A stretch of 64,000 bases of DNA from Lingula anatina (taxonomy: Eukaryota > Animalia > Brachiopoda): positions 5,208,001-5,272,000 of the forward strand of contig JBPQGU010000016.1 of the NCBI GenBank assembly GCA_051362555.1. Direction: 5' to 3'. The notes beneath the pieces were generated by a model. It ran no database searches. It was not told the DNA's origin and saw only the letters and a list, made by a program, of their open reading frames with translations. The translations under genes and the position numbers were made by a program. Positions 42,201 through 54,675 of the stretch are shown piece by piece. The first letter of the stretch is position 1. Each line of letters opens with the position of its first letter.

Positions 42201-45200
42201 ACCCTAACCCTAACCCTAACCCTAACCCTAACCCTAACCCTAACCCTAACCCTAACCCTAACCCTAACCCTAACCCTAACCCTAACCCTAACCCTAACCC
42301 TAACCCTAACCCTAACCCTAACCCTAACCCTAACCCTAACCCTAACCCTAACCCTAACCCTAACCCTAACCCTAACCCTAACCCTAACCCTAACCCTAAC
42401 CCTAACCCTAACCCTAACCCTAACCCTAACCCTAACCCTAACCCTAACCCTAACCCTAACCCTAACCCTAACCCTAACCCTAACCCTAACCCTAACCCTA
42501 ACCCTAACCCTAACCCTAACCCTAACCCTAACCCTAACCCTAACCCTAACCCTAACCCTAACCCTAACCCTAACCCTAACCCTAACCCTAACCCTAACCC
42601 TAACCCTAACCCTAACCCTAACCCTAACCCTAACCCTAACCCTAACCCTAACCCTAACCCTAACCCTAACCCTAACCCTAACCCTAACCCTAACCCTAAC
42701 CCTAACCCTAACCCTAACCCTAACCCTAACCCTAACCCTAACCCTAACCCTAACCCTAACCCTAACCCTAACCCTAACCCTAACCCTAACCCTAACCCTA
42801 ACCCTAACCCTAACCCTAACCCTAACCCTAACCCTAACCCTAACCCTAACCCTAACCCTAACCCTAACCCTAACCCTAACCCTAACCCTAACCCTAACCC
42901 TAACCCTAACCCTAACCCTAACCCTAACCCTAACCCTAACCCTAACCCTAACCCTAACCCTAACCCTAACCCTAACCCTAACCCTAACCCTAACCCTAAC
43001 CCTAACCCTAACCCTAACCCTAACCCTAACCCTAACCCTAACCCTAACCCTAACCCTAACCCTAACCCTAACCCTAACCCTAACCCTAACCCTAACCCTA
43101 ACCCTAACCCTAACCCTAACCCTAACCCTAACCCTAACCCTAACCCTAACCCTAACCCTAACCCTAACCCTAACCCTAACCCTAACCCTAACCCTAACCC
43201 TAACCCTAACCCTAACCCTAACCCTAACCCTAACCCTAACCCTAACCCTAACCCTAACCCTAACCCTAACCCTAACCCTAACCCTAACCCTAACCCTAAC
43301 CCTAACCCTAACCCTAACCCTAACCCTAACCCTAACCCTAACCCTAACCCTAACCCTAACCCTAACCCTAACCCTAACCCTAACCCTAACCCTAACCCTA
43401 ACCCTAACCCTAACCCTAACCCTAACCCTAACCCTAACCCTAACCCTAACCCTAACCCTAACCCTAACCCTAACCCTAACCCTAACCCTAACCCTAACCC
43501 TAACCCTAACCCTAACCCTAACCCTAACCCTAACCCTAACCCTAACCCTAACCCTAACCCTAACCCTAACCCTAACCCTAACCCTAACCCTAACCCTAAC
43601 CCTAACCCTAACCCTAACCCTAACCCTAACCCTAACCCTAACCCTAACCCTAACCCTAACCCTAACCCTAACCCTAACCCTAACCCTAACCCTAACCCTA
43701 ACCCTAACCCTAACCCTAACCCTAACCCTAACCCTAACCCTAACCCTAACCCTAACCCTAACCCTAACCCTAACCCTAACCCTAACCCTAACCCTAACCC
43801 TAACCCTAACCCTAACCCTAACCCTAACCCTAACCCTAACCCTAACCCTAACCCTAACCCTAACCCTAACCCTAACCCTAACCCTAACCCTAACCCTAAC
43901 CCTAACCCTAACCCTAACCCTAACCCTAACCCTAACCCTAACCCTAACCCTAACCCTAACCCTAACCCTAACCCTAACCCTAACCCTAACCCTAACCCTA
44001 ACCCTAACCCTAACCCTAACCCTAACCCTAACCCTAACCCTAACCCTAACCCTAACCCTAACCCTAACCCTAACCCTAACCCTAACCCTAACCCTAACCC
44101 TAACCCTAACCCTAACCCTAACCCTAACCCTAACCCTAACCCTAACCCTAACCCTAACCCTAACCCTAACCCTAACCCTAACCCTAACCCTAACCCTAAC
44201 CCTAACCCTAACCCTAACCCTAACCCTAACCCTAACCCTAACCCTAACCCTAACCCTAACCCTAACCCTAACCCTAACCCTAACCCTAACCCTAACCCTA
44301 ACCCTAACCCTAACCCTAACCCTAACCCTAACCCTAACCCTAACCCTAACCCTAACCCTAACCCTAACCCTAACCCTAACCCTAACCCTAACCCTAACCC
44401 TAACCCTAACCCTAACCCTAACCCTAACCCTAACCCTAACCCTAACCCTAACCCTAACCCTAACCCTAACCCTAACCCTAACCCTAACCCTAACCCTAAC
44501 CCTAACCCTAACCCTAACCCTAACCCTAACCCTAACCCTAACCCTAACCCTAACCCTAACCCTAACCCTAACCCTAACCCTAACCCTAACCCTAACCCTA
44601 ACCCTAACCCTAACCCTAACCCTAACCCTAACCCTAACCCTAACCCTAACCCTAACCCTAACCCTAACCCTAACCCTAACCCTAACCCTAACCCTAACCC
44701 TAACCCTAACCCTAACCCTAACCCTAACCCTAACCCTAACCCTAACCCTAACCCTAACCCTAACCCTAACCCTAACCCTAACCCTAACCCTAACCCTAAC
44801 CCTAACCCTAACCCTAACCCTAACCCTAACCCTAACCCTAACCCTAACCCTAACCCTAACCCTAACCCTAACCCTAACCCTAACCCTAACCCTAACCCTA
44901 ACCCTAACCCTAACCCTAACCCTAACCCTAACCCTAACCCTAACCCTAACCCTAACCCTAACCCTAACCCTAACCCTAACCCTAACCCTAACCCTAACCC
45001 TAACCCTAACCCTAACCCTAACCCTAACCCTAACCCTAACCCTAACCCTAACCCTAACCCTAACCCTAACCCTAACCCTAACCCTAACCCTAACCCTAAC
45101 CCTAACCCTAACCCTAACCCTAACCCTAACCCTAACCCTAACCCTAACCCTAACCCTAACCCTAACCCTAACCCTAACCCTAACCCTAACCCTAACCCTA

Positions 45201-46891
45201 ACCCTAACCCTAACCCTAACCCTAACCCTAACCCTAACCCTAACCCTAACCCTAACCCTAACCCTAACCCTAACCCTAACCCTAACCCTAACCCTAACCC
45301 TAACCCTAACCCTAACCCTAACCCTAACCCTAACCCTAACCCTAACCCTAACCCTAACCCTAACCCTAACCCTAACCCTAACCCTAACCCTAACCCTAAC
45401 CCTAACCCTAACCCTAACCCTAACCCTAACCCTAACCCTAACCCTAACCCTAACCCTAACCCTAACCCTAACCCTAACCCTAACCCTAACCCTAACCCTA
45501 ACCCTAACCCTAACCCTAACCCTAACCCTAACCCTAACCCTAACCCTAACCCTAACCCTAACCCTAACCCTAACCCTAACCCTAACCCTAACCCTAACCC
45601 TAACCCTAACCCTAACCCTAACCCTAACCCTAACCCTAACCCTAACCCTAACCCTAACCCTAACCCTAACCCTAACCCTAACCCTAACCCTAACCCTAAC
45701 CCTAACCCTAACCCTAACCCTAACCCTAACCCTAACCCTAACCCTAACCCTAACCCTAACCCTAACCCTAACCCTAACCCTAACCCTAACCCTAACCCTA
45801 ACCCTAACCCTAACCCTAACCCTAACCCTAACCCTAACCCTAACCCTAACCCTAACCCTAACCCTAACCCTAACCCTAACCCTAACCCTAACCCTAACCC
45901 TAACCCTAACCCTAACCCTAACCCTAACCCTAACCCTAACCCTAACCCTAACCCTAACCCTAACCCTAACCCTAACCCTAACCCTAACCCTAACCCTAAC
46001 CCTAACCCTAACCCTAACCCTAACCCTAACCCTAACCCTAACCCTAACCCTAACCCTAACCCTAACCCTAACCCTAACCCTAACCCTAACCCTAACCCTA
46101 ACCCTAACCCTAACCCTAACCCTAACCCTAACCCTAACCCTAACCCTAACCCTAACCCTAACCCTAACCCTAACCCTAACCCTAACCCTAACCCTAACCC
46201 TAACCCTAACCCTAACCCTAACCCTAACCCTAACCCTAACCCTAACCCTAACCCTAACCCTAACCCTAACCCTAACCCTAACCCTAACCCTAACCCTAAC
46301 CCTAACCCTAACCCTAACCCTAACCCTAACCCTAACCCTAACCCTAACCCTAACCCTAACCCTAACCCTAACCCTAACCCTAACCCTAACCCTAACCCTA
46401 ACCCTAACCCTAACCCTAACCCTAACCCTAACCCTAACCCTAACCCTAACCCTAACCCTAACCCTAACCCTAACCCTAACCCTAACCCTAACCCTAACCC
46501 TAACCCTAACCCTAACCCTAACCCTAACCCTAACCCTAACCCTAACCCTAACCCTAACCCTAACCCTAACCCTAACCCTAACCCTAACCCTAACCCTAAC
46601 CCTAACCCTAACCCTAACCCTAACCCTAACCCTAACCCTAACCCTAACCCTAACCCTAACCCTAACCCTAACCCTAACCCTAACCCTAACCCTAACCCTA
46701 ACCCTAACCCTAACCCTAACCCTAACCCTAACCCTAACCCTAACCCCTAACCCTAACCCTAACCCTAACCCTAACCCTAACCCTAACCCTAACCCTAACC
46801 CTAACCCTAACCCTAACCCTAACCCTAACCCTAACCCTAACCCTAATCCTAACCCTAAACCCTAAACCCTAACCCTAACCCTAACCCTAAC

Positions 46892-46922
<31 letters not shown>

Positions 46923-47127
46923 CCCTAACCCTAACCCTAACCCCTAACCCTAACCCTAACCCTAACCCTAACCCTAACCCCAACCCCTAACCCTAACCCT
47001 AACCCTAACCCCTAACCCTAACCCCAAACCCTAACCCTAACCCTAACCCTAACCCCTAACCCTAACCCTAACCCCTAACCCTAACCCCTAACCCTAACCC
47101 TAACCCTAACCCTAACCCTAACCCCTA
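36152..47127. repeat. Telomeric repeat array (CCCTAA)n, ~11 kb, ~1800 units, at an internal position
   Basis: Apparently perfect from ~36500 to ~46743. Variant units occur at both edges, and non-telomeric sequence flanks both sides with no gap characters. Confidence 0.99.
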
Positions 47128-47472
47128 TTAACTACACGTATTTTCTGTACCAGCAGATGATGGCTGAGCTAGCATGAGGTGTTTAATATTCAAAAGTTAA
47201 ATTGAATAATAATTTGAATGGTATATTATTGAAGTTTACCCAGAAATGCTATATTTGATAACTTTTTTTTGTCTAATACAAGTACGTGCTAAAACTATGA
47301 AACGGCTCCAAAAACGTTCAAACAGACAAACATTTTGATTGGATTCCTTCACCTGTGATTGAACTTGATTTACTAGAAAATCACCCCCCCCTCCCCTTTT
47401 ACAAGTGATTCGATATTAAAAATGAACAACATAAAACTGATGAGTTATTCTGAGCCATTTATTTCTGAAAAA

Positions 47473-50200
47473 TGTGATGTAATAAGTCACGTGGTCTAGG
47501 TTAAAGGTCATTGGCGTGAGGCGGAGACTATGTATGTATGCGACGTGACATGCGAGGAATGGACCTATTAATTCTGTAAATAAACATTTTAAATTTTATA
47601 CATGTACGTTGTTGCAATACTATATCTGGTGACGAGGAAGGAACAGACTCACAAGGAAGTCAAACCAAGTAAGAACATATACCTTTCAAAAACAGACATT
47701 GGCTGTAACGAAATTAAATGCTCATGTACGTGCGCTATCCGTTGCAAAAAAAGATTCTCTTTTTCTAAAGGCATAATAAACATAATTAATCAGGGTAATC
47801 ATCAAATCTCTGTCATTGGAAGACATAAGCTGTCTAAACCTTTGGATATTTGGTTGACAGGTGTACCTGTTTGGTATATATTTTGTTCTTAAGTCCCTGT
47901 ACATCTCACATGTAAAGAGGAGTGGGATATAAATGAATTTTATAGAGAGCTTCAAGATATTGGTAAACTGTGTAGTTTTTACATGTATGACTTGGAATCA
48001 GAGGTGAAATCACAACTGATAATGGGATGTAAATCTCAGAAAGTCCGACAGAAAGGCTTACGTAACCCGTCCATGACATTTTCGCAATTTTGCAGTAGGC
48101 GCACACTGAGCAACTTGTCACTTCACATACAGGCCGAACACGCCGAATGGAGGACCGGCGGTTCACAGGGTGCAAGTCAGGAATTCGACAAGTAGTCATG
48201 CATTTTATTTTTAACAACAATGCCGTAATTGTGGAGAAGAATGGCCACATGAGGGTGGACGGTCGAAGTGACCGCCCTTCAACAAGGAGTGTTTCTCTTG
48301 TAAATGGCTTCATCATTTCGCATCGATGTGCAGATAGGGTCAGCAACTAACATCATCAGCTACACCTAACAAGCGCTACGCCGTGAAAACCTAAACGTGC
48401 ACCTCATCGCCGTCAAAACAATGTGAATTGTCTACATGGAAATTCCGATGTGACTGAAAATGAGAACGAATGCATAGGTTATGATGAAGATGGATACGTC
48501 TTCACAGCGCATACAGTCACCGAGAACATGGACCAACTTCCACGTTTTGAAATAGGGATGAACGGTAGGAAAATATGTTTTCTAGCAGATTCAGGGTTAC
48601 TGTTAATTTGAGTACAATAAATCGCAACCAAGACTAACGTTACACATTTTTATTACTTAAATCAAGATCTACGGCAGTGAAAACAATTCAGTTCGTGTGT
48701 TGGGAAAATTCACATGGGCCTGTGGACATTTTCACATTTATTTATTCGGAGCTCATTTTATTGTGCACACTGACCACAAACCCCTCGTAAGCCTCTTTAA
48801 CAACCCTATTTAGGCCCAGCTTTCGGTGCGTATCGAGCGTTGGATCATGAAAACACAATCCTACCAGATGACGGTTGTGTATCGTCCAGGGCACATGACA
48901 ACCCTGCTGATTACTTGAGTCGACACTCCACCCATCAGACTGATCAGTTATCAGTGACGGATTTAGAGGGGGGTTAGGGGGGTCCTGACCCCCTAACCCC
49001 CCTTCGATTTCTGAAAAAGAATTCAGGGTCAGGGTTGGCTTCGCATCTGCTGCCCCCCCCTTTAAATAAACCTGGAACCGCCCCTGAGTAATCATCAAGT
49101 ACAGAGAAAAAAATAGCAGAAGAGTATCTTCACTAACTAGCCTGTACTTCGAAACAAAAACAATGACTTTTGAAATGGTGAAAGAGGAAACCAAAAAAGA
49201 GTACATTGCAGCGGTGAAAATGCAATCTTCACAAATGACTGGACTCCACAGGGGAATTTCAGTGTCGTTCGTAGTTTTCTACCAAAAACTCTCATGGAAT
49301 TTTTTTAAAAGGACGACAAATATTTTTGCCGCCGAGAGTATTGCACATAGCGGACATCAAGGGATTGTGAAAACTGTTGCTTTACTACGTGTACGTGAGA
49401 AGGTGTGATTTCCTAAAATGCAAAAAATTGTCGAGGACACTGTGAAATCTTGTAGACATTGCCAAATTTCAACGAATATAACCACGCGATAGCCGCTTCG
49501 CATGGCAGAACTCCCAGTCGCTCGTTGGACAGAACTTAGTGCTGATTTTGCAGAAGGACCGAGTGTTCACATACTTTTCGTGATAATTGATGAATACACA
49601 CGGTACGTCATTGTTGAAAATGTGGCATCGACTTCAGCACAGAGTGTTATCCCACGGTTGGATAAACTATTTGCGGAGTTCGGCGAATTCGGTATCAAAA
49701 ACGGATAATGGACCTCCATTCAATGGAAATGACTTCGCGGTTTATGTCGAGAAAACCGGATTCAAACACCGCAAAATAACGCCACAATGGCCTCAGGCAA
49801 ATGGAGTAACAGAGCGTTTTAAGGGGCCGTTGAAAAAGTCGATCAAGGGCGCCATCACAATCAATGACAATGGAGCACAACAGGAAACAAGCTATGAATG
49901 ATTTTCTCCTTGATTATAGAACTGCGGTAGATGATTAAACGAGGAGAAAAATAACGAGAAACTCTAGTATTTTTAAACGTTTTCATTAACAGAATTGAAG
50001 TTGACAATTTTATGGATCCAGTTCACATTTAGTATGATATACATTTTGTGCTATTATTTATTGCATATAATGTATATATGTTATCTGCTGTTCTGTTGCA
50101 AAAAGGAAGAAATGTGATATAATAAGTCTAGGTTAAAGGTCATTGGCTTGATGCGGGGGACTATGTATACGACATGGCATGCGAGGCATGGACTTATTAA
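47473..50200 (+). mobile_element. Degenerate, internally deleted Ty3/Gypsy LTR retrotransposon
   Basis: 5' LTR ~47473-47624 and a diverged partial 3' LTR from 50113 share TGTGAT.TAATAAGTC and CTAGGTTAAAGGTCATTGGC. PBS-like TGGTGACGAG at 47627 and polypurine tract at 50100-50112. Gag knuckles CRNCGEEWPH...CFSCKWLHHFASMC, protease FLADSG, RNase H tail RIERW...YRPG.DNPADYLSR, integrase HSGHQG...CRHC, SADF, DNGPPFNG and PQANGVTERF. No RT core seen. Confidence 0.9.
48952..49086. mobile_element. MITE nested in the Gypsy pol remnant
   Basis: Termini CAGTGACGGATTTAG...CTGGAACCGCCCCTG flanked by AGTTAT/AGTAAT. It interrupts pol just after DYLSRH. Confidence 0.7.
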
Positions 50201-50930
50201 GCATAGTCTAACACCAATATTTGTGCATTCACATACCAGGGAAATAAGATTTTTAGAACCAAATATTTCAAATATCCAATATCAATACTTAGAATGAAAC
50301 GAGGGTAATAAAGGTCAAGTGTAACAGAATCTGCTTATCTAACTATAAATTCGTGTTTTCCTTTAAATTTCGCGTGGTGTGCTTGGCCTGTCACTTGAAC
50401 ACGTAATTGCTATTTTACTTTTTTGATTATCATTTAATTTGGTTGCTCATTTTTATTATTTTTTATTTATTTATTTATTTATTTATTTATTATTATTTGC
50501 GTTCTTTCACCAGAAATTACAACACATTTCCAAAACACAAATGAAATAGACAGTTTACAACGACCTCTGGCGGCAGTTGTCAGATAAGAGTACCGCATTC
50601 GCGTTTATACGGGGTTTTTAGAATGAAAGGCCTACGGAACTGCACCACGTCAACTTGGTTGTACATAAATACAGCGTACACTATACTTCACATGCTGGAT
50701 GCCTATTGAATGGTACATTTACTATAAGTCCACCAGCAAATATTCATCAAACCTTATCTCAAGTATATAAACACTGATCAGTTATGCTCTTTGTTTGGTG
50801 ATACATGTAAGGTTCTCTCATGCGTTTTGATATAACCTTGTCCGACCAGACCTTAGGTCTTATCTTGATAAGAAGAACTTCTACGGCCACCAGTCGCTAG
50901 TCTTATCATAGTACTAACTGGAGCCAAGCC

Positions 50931-51709
50931 ATGGTCACAATATTCCCAATTCTTTGCCTACTGCTCGTCAGTTGTGGTGCCTTGGCCCAACACGACATTG
51001 TGGCCAAGCAATCCGAGCTCTTCCGCCTTCGTTTCTCTATTAATCAGTTATACTGGAAAGTTGCCGAATCTTGTCCTAACTTTAACAAAGTGGCTATAGG
51101 ACGAAGAAGCGAGACAATGCCAACAGCAGAGCGTTTGGATTTGGATATCGAATTGGCCAAGGCGACATATGACCACTTGTTAAGACAGTACCAAGAATGT
51201 CAAGCGTCTCTCACTGGTATCACCACGCCAGAAACCACCACTATTAAGGCAAGCACCACCAAGTCTACTACGACCACAGCTACCACCAGCACCACTAGTA
51301 CCCCTTCTACTTCCCCCGTGATATTAGGTGAGACGAATTCCTTCGGGAACAAAACATTATTCTACTTACTTGTACCATTAAAAAGATCACTTTAAAACAC
51401 CAAAACAATCTGTAACTATGCCCGATCATTTAAAATCTCTTCTAGATGGTCACGCGTTCACAATCCTGCGCGTGAAGCCCGTGTACCATAAGGGATATAA
51501 CTTCCTAGCCTTGGAGGTTGTGGTTCCGAAGGATGGTCGGAGCAAGACGATCTCCTGGTGTAAAGATTACCAGAACCTGTGTGAAAGCTTCCGTCGACGA
51601 CCGACCAGTTGTGCGGGAACAAATCACGTGCCATCGTAAGTACAACAATATATATATATATATAATGCCGTATCTATCACTAGACTCATATCACTAGACC
51701 GTATCTATC

Positions 51710-51741
<32 letters not shown>

Positions 51742-52363
51742 ATGCCGTATCTATCACTAGACTTAGTTTTGAAAATTGAAATGAAGATAAATGCAATTTA
51801 TTGGACCATTAAATGAAGCAAATATTATTAAACTGGAAGTAATTTATTGTACGTGTAAATATGGTGATTTAATAAACTACGCTGCAAATATAATTCCCTT
51901 TTGTTTTATTTTTGTTCATTTAATTTTTCTAGTTTAATTGTCAATGCATATATTTCATTTTCAAGGAATCGTGTATTCGCAATAATCATGACATGGATTA
52001 TCCGCATATCGATTATCTTACGTTTACGAGTCTCATTAAAAATAAACGTTTTATCAAAATCTAATTGCACATGCTTGAATCTATTCCAGGTGCCGTAAAT
52101 ATAATGCTGGCATCAATGTGAATGGAAACAATGGGCACATGGGATGTTCCCCTAGTATATATGTGAATGAAATCGCACAACAAGCCTTTCCTGACGGTAG
52201 TGCTCGGAGCTACTACAACACGTTCGCTTTCCTGTATTGTACTTCTCTTCACTGTAGTAATACTATCAGTAAGGACGTGACTGCACTGTCATTGGATTCA
52301 ATGAGATCGTTTTATAATGAGAAGGCACCGTCCCGCATTATGTACACGGCTTGTCAGTATTAA
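50931..52363 (+). CDS. Uncharacterised secreted protein, paralogue A (signal peptide, helical domain, short Thr/Ser linker, Cys-rich domain), 3 exons, 286 aa
   Basis: Exons 50931-51327, 51446-51635 and 52090-52363 (861 nt, intron phases 1 and 2). Hydrophobic N-terminus MVTIFPILCLLLVSCGALA, good ATG context (GCCATGG), AATAAA right after the stop, and exon-by-exon homology to paralogue B. Confidence 0.85.
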
Positions 52364-53002
52364 AAATAAAAGTGTACTTGTGTTCTAGTTTATTGTTGAT
52401 TACACTGGATCGAATCTTTTGAGCAACGCCTGACCTCCAAAACACAACTCCCCTCTTGCAAAAGCTGCTTATGTGCGTGCTTTCGTTTTTAAATATTTGA
52501 ATTAAGATGCAAACGGTTAAAAATGCATATGAACTTAATTTTTGTCTACCAAATGTCACCATAAAGGGAGTTAGGTCTATCCAGATGGATCGATCTAAGT
52601 ATGGAAACCCAATCATAGATTAAAAAGTATAATTTAGGGAAATACCAAAAGACATATCGCTTCATATTACCCGAAAAAGGATGTTAGAACGGGTTTTCTG
52701 TTTGCTTACTGTACATGTGCTGTATATAAACGGGGCAGCTAAGTACTGGTAGGTCAAATTTACCACCCAAAATGTAAAGAAGTGTCAGTTTAAAGCTCTT
52801 TTATGGCTGATCGAGTGATTTGTTCGGTTTATCCCTTGGCATGTCAACTTTCTTTGAGTTGTATAAAAACTAATTAAAACTAATTAAAGAGAGTGTACAT
52901 TCCAGTTGAAACTTACTTTAAGATTTACTTTAAGCGCTGTTCACATTTTTCACAAATTGCTACCATTCCCCTATCTGTCCTCTCCGATCAAATTAATCGC
53001 CC

Positions 53003-53188
53003 CCCACCCATCCCCTTCCGCCCCTTCATCCCCTTCCGTCCCTTCATCCCCTTCCGCCCATTCATCCCCTTCCGCCCTTCATCCCCTTCCGTCCCTTCAT
53101 CCCTTCCGCCCCTTCATCCCCTTCTGCCCTTCATCCTCTTCCGTCCCTTCATCCCCTTCCGCCCTTCATCCCCTTCCGCCCTTCATCC
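53003..53188. repeat. Pyrimidine-rich 17-18 bp minisatellite
   Basis: Unit CCCCTTCCG(C/T)CCCTTCAT, about 10 copies. Confidence 0.9.
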
Positions 53189-53330
53189 CAATCGCAGTTT
53201 TACAATTCTTTCCAGTGACATGCACCTCAGATTCCCTTTGATAGAAACTCCAGTTGCCAGTGATTTGTTGTGGTGCGCCCTGTCCTAGTTGTCCACTCAC
53301 TTACGTCAAGCTAAGAGTTATCAGGACAAA

Positions 53331-54509
53331 TCTTATGGAGGACAGACTCTGTATGACACGGACCCCCAGTTTCGTTAAACCAGTGTTCTTATGGAGGACA
53401 GACTCTGTATGACACGGACCCCCAGTTTCGTTAAACCAGTGTTCTTATGGAGGACAGACTCTCTATGACACGGACCCCCAGTTTCGTTAAACCAGTGTTC
53501 TTATGGAGGACAGACTCTCTATGACACGGACCCCCAGTTTCGTTAAACCAGTGTTCTTATGGAGGACAGACTCTCTGTGACACGGACCCCCAGTTTCGTT
53601 AAACCAGTGTTCTTATGGAGGACAGACTCTCTGTGACACGGACCCCCAGTTTCGTTAAACCAGTGTTCTTATGGAGGACAGACTCTCTATGACACGGACC
53701 CCCAGTTTCGTTAAACCAGTGTTCTTATGGAGGACAGACTCTCTATGACACGGACCCCCAGTTTCGTTAAACCAGTGTTCTTATGGAGGACAGACTCTCT
53801 ATGACACGGACCCCCAGTTTCGTTAAACCAGTGTTCTTATGGAGGACAGACTCTCTATGACACGGGCCCCCAGTTTCGTTAAACCAGTGTTCTTATGGAG
53901 GACAGACTCTCTATGACACGGACCCCCAGTTTCGTTAAACCAGTGTTCTTATGGAGGACAGACTCTCTATGACACGGGCCCCCAGTTTCGTTAAACCAGT
54001 GTTCTTATGGAGGACAGACTCTCTATGACACGGGCCCCCAGTTTCGTTAAACCAGTGTTCTTATGGAGGACAGACTCTCTATGACACGGACCCCCAGTTT
54101 CGTTAAACCAGTGTTCTTATGGAGGACAGACTCTCTATGACACGGGCCCCCAGTTTCGTTAAACCAGTGTTCTTATGGAGGACAGACTCTCTATGACACG
54201 GACCCCCAGTTTCGTTAAACCAGTGTTCTTATGGAGGACAGACTCTCTATGACACGGACCCCCAGTTTCGTTAAACCAGTGTTCTTATGGAGGACAGACT
54301 CTCTATGACACGGGCCCCCAGTTTCGTTAAACCAGTGTTCTTATGGAGGACAGACTCTCTATGACACGGGCCCCCAGTTTCGTTAAACCAGTGTTCTTAT
54401 GGAGGACAGACTCTCTATGACACGGACCCCCAGTTTCGTTAAACCAGCTAGTGTTCTTATGGAGGACAGACTCTCTATGACACGGGCCCCCAGTTTCGTT
54501 AAACCGGTG
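53331..54509. repeat. 56-bp minisatellite (VNTR), ~21 copies
   Basis: Unit TCTTATGGAGGACAGACTCTCTATGACACGG(A/G)CCCCCAGTTTCGTTAAACCAGTGT, head-to-tail with no spacers. Confidence 0.97.
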
Positions 54510-54675
54510 TGAGTTTAGCCAGTTGTCGTCTCCAGTGACCTAACAATCACCCTGTTCCTGATACCATAGGCTTAATATCATGCTAGATACAGGGGTGTTT
54601 GAACAACATAGCCAGGGTGTTAACCACGTGTTTCTTTACTACACCACAGGCGACAACTTTCCCATCACATACAGG

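Noticed and set aside
36152-47127. Classical telomere-telomere fusion, or insertion of a telomere-specific retrotransposon
   Set aside because: The array has a single orientation with no TTAGGG/CCCTAA inversion point, and no retroelement interrupts it.
53331-54509. CRISPR-like array
   Set aside because: Units are head-to-tail with no unique spacers, no cas genes are present, and the context is eukaryotic.
54580-54675. Upstream ATG of the 411-aa ORF as the true start of paralogue B
   Set aside because: The ATG at 54676 puts the hydrophobic signal peptide at the N-terminus and aligns with the start of paralogue A.
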